This document shows, piece after piece, positions 35,545-38,785 of a DNA stretch of 38,785 bases (the first letter of the stretch is position 1; every line of letters begins with the position of its first letter). Source of the stretch: Octopus bimaculoides (lineage: Eukaryota); assembly GCF_001194135.2 (NCBI RefSeq), contig NC_068989.1, positions 58,587,198 to 58,625,982 on the forward strand. Direction: 5' to 3'. The notes under the pieces are model-generated. The model was not told where the DNA came from, searched no databases, and worked only from the letters and a program-made list of their open reading frames with translations. Made by a program: the position numbers and the translations under genes.

Positions 35545-36645
35545 AAAGCAATTGTTACTCTCGTGAGATGATGGGTTTACACCTACAAAGTTTTGCTTCG
35601 GTCTTCTTGCTGGCTGAGTAGTGTCTGCTGGGACTATAGAGACCCACATGTCTGTGAAATCTTGGCTGCATTGACTACACTTGAAGGTCCTGTCCATCAG
35701 TTTTATCCCGGTTTATTTTTTCTCGATGATTTTGATTTCCTCATCAACAAGCATCAACCTCTCCTCTTTACTTTTTAAACCCTTGCCTAGTTGCAACCTT
35801 CAGTGGAAGCAGTTACCAGCAATGTCGTCCTACGTTTCAACATTCATGTAAAGAAACTTCATACCTGAAATGAAAATGAGGCTAGCTCCTCATAAAGCAG
35901 AATTTCCAGGATTCTTTCGTATAACATGAAATATACGTGGCACAGCCAGTGGATAAGCTGAAATAAGGTGAATTTCCATGGTATTTGGGACCCCATTGTT
36001 GGTGTCTCGGTCAGTTTGCTTGATGTGCAGGATCCATCACAGACTGGGGAGACGGTAGTCGTTGACACGCCTCTCTTGTGTAGAGTAGATACTCCAAGTC
36101 TCCCTGCCGCAATGCAGTTTACCGAAGATGCAAAGTCTGTACACTGCAACCTTTGTGTACACTGTACACTGTTAGCTTACTGTTCTTCTAGATTGTAAGC
36201 CTAATTTTTGCTGAAGATGATCCTTCAATGCGTTTGTAACTCGCAGACTCTAGAGCGATCCTGTTTGTGGTGGTGGAGTCTATGTATGTGAATTCATGGT
36301 CAGTTATCAACGATGATTATCAACACAGTTACTGATGGTGATGGTAGGGAAATGCTCAAAATCCCTGTTTCAACCCTTTCGTCGTCTTCAGAATCTTTAC
36401 AGGTTCTTGTGAGAATATTCGTAAGGCGTTGCAGTTGCTCATCCGAATGTGTTTCCAGTGCTGCGTCATCTGTAAAGAACATGTCTCTGATCAGTACTTC
36501 ATGTACTTTAGTTTTCATCCTCGACCGGGACAAAATGAGCAGATTTCCGTCTGATCTTGTTTGAAGGTATACACCATCGGTTGACGTTCCAAGAATGAGC
36601 TTCTGTATAACAGTGAAGATATTAATGACTTGTAGGGACACCGTA
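35545..36645 (-). mobile_element. RTE-clade LINE, degenerate 3' ~1.1 kb
   Basis: TRSDGNLLILSR..KTKV..LIRDMFFTDDAAL, HEFTYIDST, KLTVYTKVAVY..ETW..QERRVN, and a terminal FKCSQC..HVGLYS zinc-finger-like motif. Confidence 0.88.
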
Positions 36646-36699
36646 TCTCGTTATGCAACCATAATATATTACAAAGTATATTGAACGTTTTATAAGTCA

Positions 36700-37141
36700 G
36701 TAAGACTTATGAAGAAGATGTCGAATAGATGTCAGACTAGTTTTGAGTGTGAAATTCTTCACTCTTTTTTGAAAAGAGGTATTTTGGTTTTTAGCCGAAT
36801 GTGGTGGTTACTTTTATCAGCAATCTACTTTTCTAGGAATTATGGAGCAATCCTGTAACTTGGTCCCTGGTCAATACAGTTTCTTCCTGTTATTTTTTTA
36901 ATAGACTTTTGATCAAGCGTGTAGCTGAATCGTGATCGGATAACCGCTGCTCCGTAAGAGATTTCGATTCTGGCGAACGTCAAACTCGGCCATTGCTATT
37001 TTTTTAACTTCAGCAGATGGCCACTTATCCACAAATTCCATTTCCATTTCCCATCTGTTTGATTCTGTACTCGACGGATAAACATTTCTAAAGTTCTTCT
37101 CCCTCACTTCCGATATATACATACTTGGTATCTTCTGTGGA
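36700..37141 (-). mobile_element. Penelope-like fragments: GIY-YIG piece joined to an RT N-terminal piece
   Basis: Minus reads STEDTKYVYIGSEGEEL, then KKIAMAEFDV..PITIQLH, DKSNHHIRLKTKIPLFK and LV*HLFDI. Confidence 0.55.
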
Positions 37142-37148
37142 GATGGAT

Positions 37149-37430
37149 TCCACAGAAGATTCTAAGTATGTATATGTAGAATTGAGTATCCACAATTCTA
37201 GCTTTAAATCTCGAGCGAAAACTAACAGTGCCTTTTTATCTAGGCTCATTCATAACCCACCAAACTAATTCAGTTGTGTACAGTTTAAAATGGTCCATTG
37301 TTACCCAAACCAAACCGTATAACAACAAATGCGATAAAAAATCTTATCTATTATGCAATGCAGCAACTGAACGAAGCGACCTTGTTCTTAATTGCCGACA
37401 CAAATTATGTAATACCTTCTTAAGGTACAA
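37149..37430 (+). mobile_element. Penelope-like GIY-YIG endonuclease C-terminus
   Basis: STEDSKYVYVELS / IHNSSFKSRAKTNSAFLSR / LKWSIVTQTKPYNNKC..LC..RSDLVLNCRHK, matching PLE 'KWSI...PY..C.LC..RSEL..CRH'. Confidence 0.7.
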
Positions 37431-38509
37431 ATAAAACTGCCTTCCCAATATTTCCCGAGCTAATCCTCCTAGATTAGTCCCGCCCACTTGAATTTCTTCA
37501 ATGTATTTATAACATATACTTTTTAAATCTATCTTTATATATTTCATTAATTTTGTATTCCCTTTATATCTTCCTTTTTGCATATGGAAATATGTGCGCG
37601 TACCCATGCGTGAATACCTGCGCTGATAGTATGGGCGCACTGTGAGTGTACGTGTGCGCGCGCGGATACGCGAATACGTATGTATATTTACTGTAAAGTC
37701 GTAAGCGACCAACTTTAAATTATTATGTTCTCCCTCAAAGACTAAAACCTTCAACTCCTATCTCTCGCTCATTCTACTTCCTCTTCGTCTTTCATTACAA
37801 CTCCACCCAACTCCTACTCCTAAATTTTTTGACCTCTTCCATTTCTTTTTTCTTATTCTTGACCATTTCATCTCTTCTAAATTTTTAATTTTTTTTCTCT
37901 TCTCTCACTTTTCTTACTGATAATTTTATTTCTTCATATATGTCATATTTGTTTTTTACTCTGTTCTTCCAGCTTCTTCACTCATTATATGTTCGGCGAG
38001 TTAACGACAATGGAGCCTTGATATAATTAAGGTATTTTCGTTCTGATTAGTAGCTAACTGAGTACCCCTCTTTGAGTAATTATTACATCAGAGGGTCAAT
38101 TAGCTAGGAAACATGTGTAGCCTGGATTTTACCTGCCCTACTCCCTCAATTTGGATTTTTATTCGCATTCATAGCAACTGAAGTTGCCAACCGTTAGCTA
38201 TAATTTTTTTTTCAGTTTATCGAACTACGATATGGGAAAAGCTTACAACCTTCGACGCCAATAAATCATTATTGTTCCTCAACAAACTTCCTACACTTAG
38301 ATCATTGGATCTTATAATTATACACACACATACACACACACGGGTAAAGATTCACTGCGGTCCTGAATGGGCATGGGATTGTATCTAGAGAGTTCCCCTC
38401 ATAGATACAAGTCCGGGCAAGGTTGTTTATGGCAGATCAGCCTCGACTCTTCACGCCACTGATGTTATCCAAAGGAAAGGTAAAGGCCGATACAGCTTAG
38501 TACTAGTGA

Positions 38510-38525
38510 CATATCTATCTTTCTT

Positions 38526-38586
<61 letters not shown>

Positions 38587-38613
38587 ATATATATGTATGT
38601 GTGTATATGTATG

Positions 38614-38644
<31 letters not shown>

Positions 38645-38645
38645 G
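38510..38645. repeat. (TATC)n-(TATG)n-(TA)n microsatellite
   Basis: Direct reading. Confidence 0.9.
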
Positions 38646-38785
38646 TTAAATCTCTGAACGAGGTGTTAACAGTAACTGCACGATAAAGTGAAGTATATTT
38701 GCCATTTAAATGTGGCTGACCCCTAAGGGTGGATGTTACTGTTGCTTTTAGCCCCAGGAGAACATCTCCTCCAGCTGGCTTATCG

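Noticed and set aside
37025-37033. TTATCCACA (DnaA-box consensus)
   Set aside because: A single 9-mer is expected by chance, and the context is eukaryotic.
37344-37754. 136-aa minus ORF with HECT-like GGLARE
   Set aside because: It is partly antisense to the PLE endonuclease, runs through simple repeats, and has no other HECT motifs.
38720-38785. Possible HDV-like ribozyme at the window end
   Set aside because: P1 and P4-like stems can be drawn, but P3, L3 and P1.1 do not fit and the sequence is cut off by the window edge.

Overview
Eukaryotic, AT-rich, repeat-saturated animal genomic DNA from a gapped draft assembly (six N-gaps). The tRNA-derived SINE families, including a CORE-type SINE with an internal microsatellite, point to an octopus genome (inference from recalled repeat families, not a database search). 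Nearly all supplied ORFs are microsatellite, N-gap or antisense artefacts. By-eye translation across stops and frameshifts gives: a near full-length cecropia/Hsmar1-like mariner (20679-21946); a 5'-truncated DD37E Tc1-like element (28289-29359); a degenerate Helitron PIF1-helicase region (~26270-27930); Penelope-like (PLE) remnants (~9290-10460, ~36700-37430); two RTE LINE fragments; an RLE-type LINE fragment with an apparent internal inversion; a GG-ended TIR element; and about 20 SINE copies or fragments. Three minimal hammerhead-ribozyme-like motifs are present, each with a different state of the core 3:8 base pair (C:G, G:C, U:A). A chain of small minus-strand exons with good splice signals and compatible phases (19607-19652, 16462-16514, 15822-15856, 14328-14452) suggests an unidentified host gene absent from the ORF track. 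Repeat boundaries are approximate unless TIR-defined.
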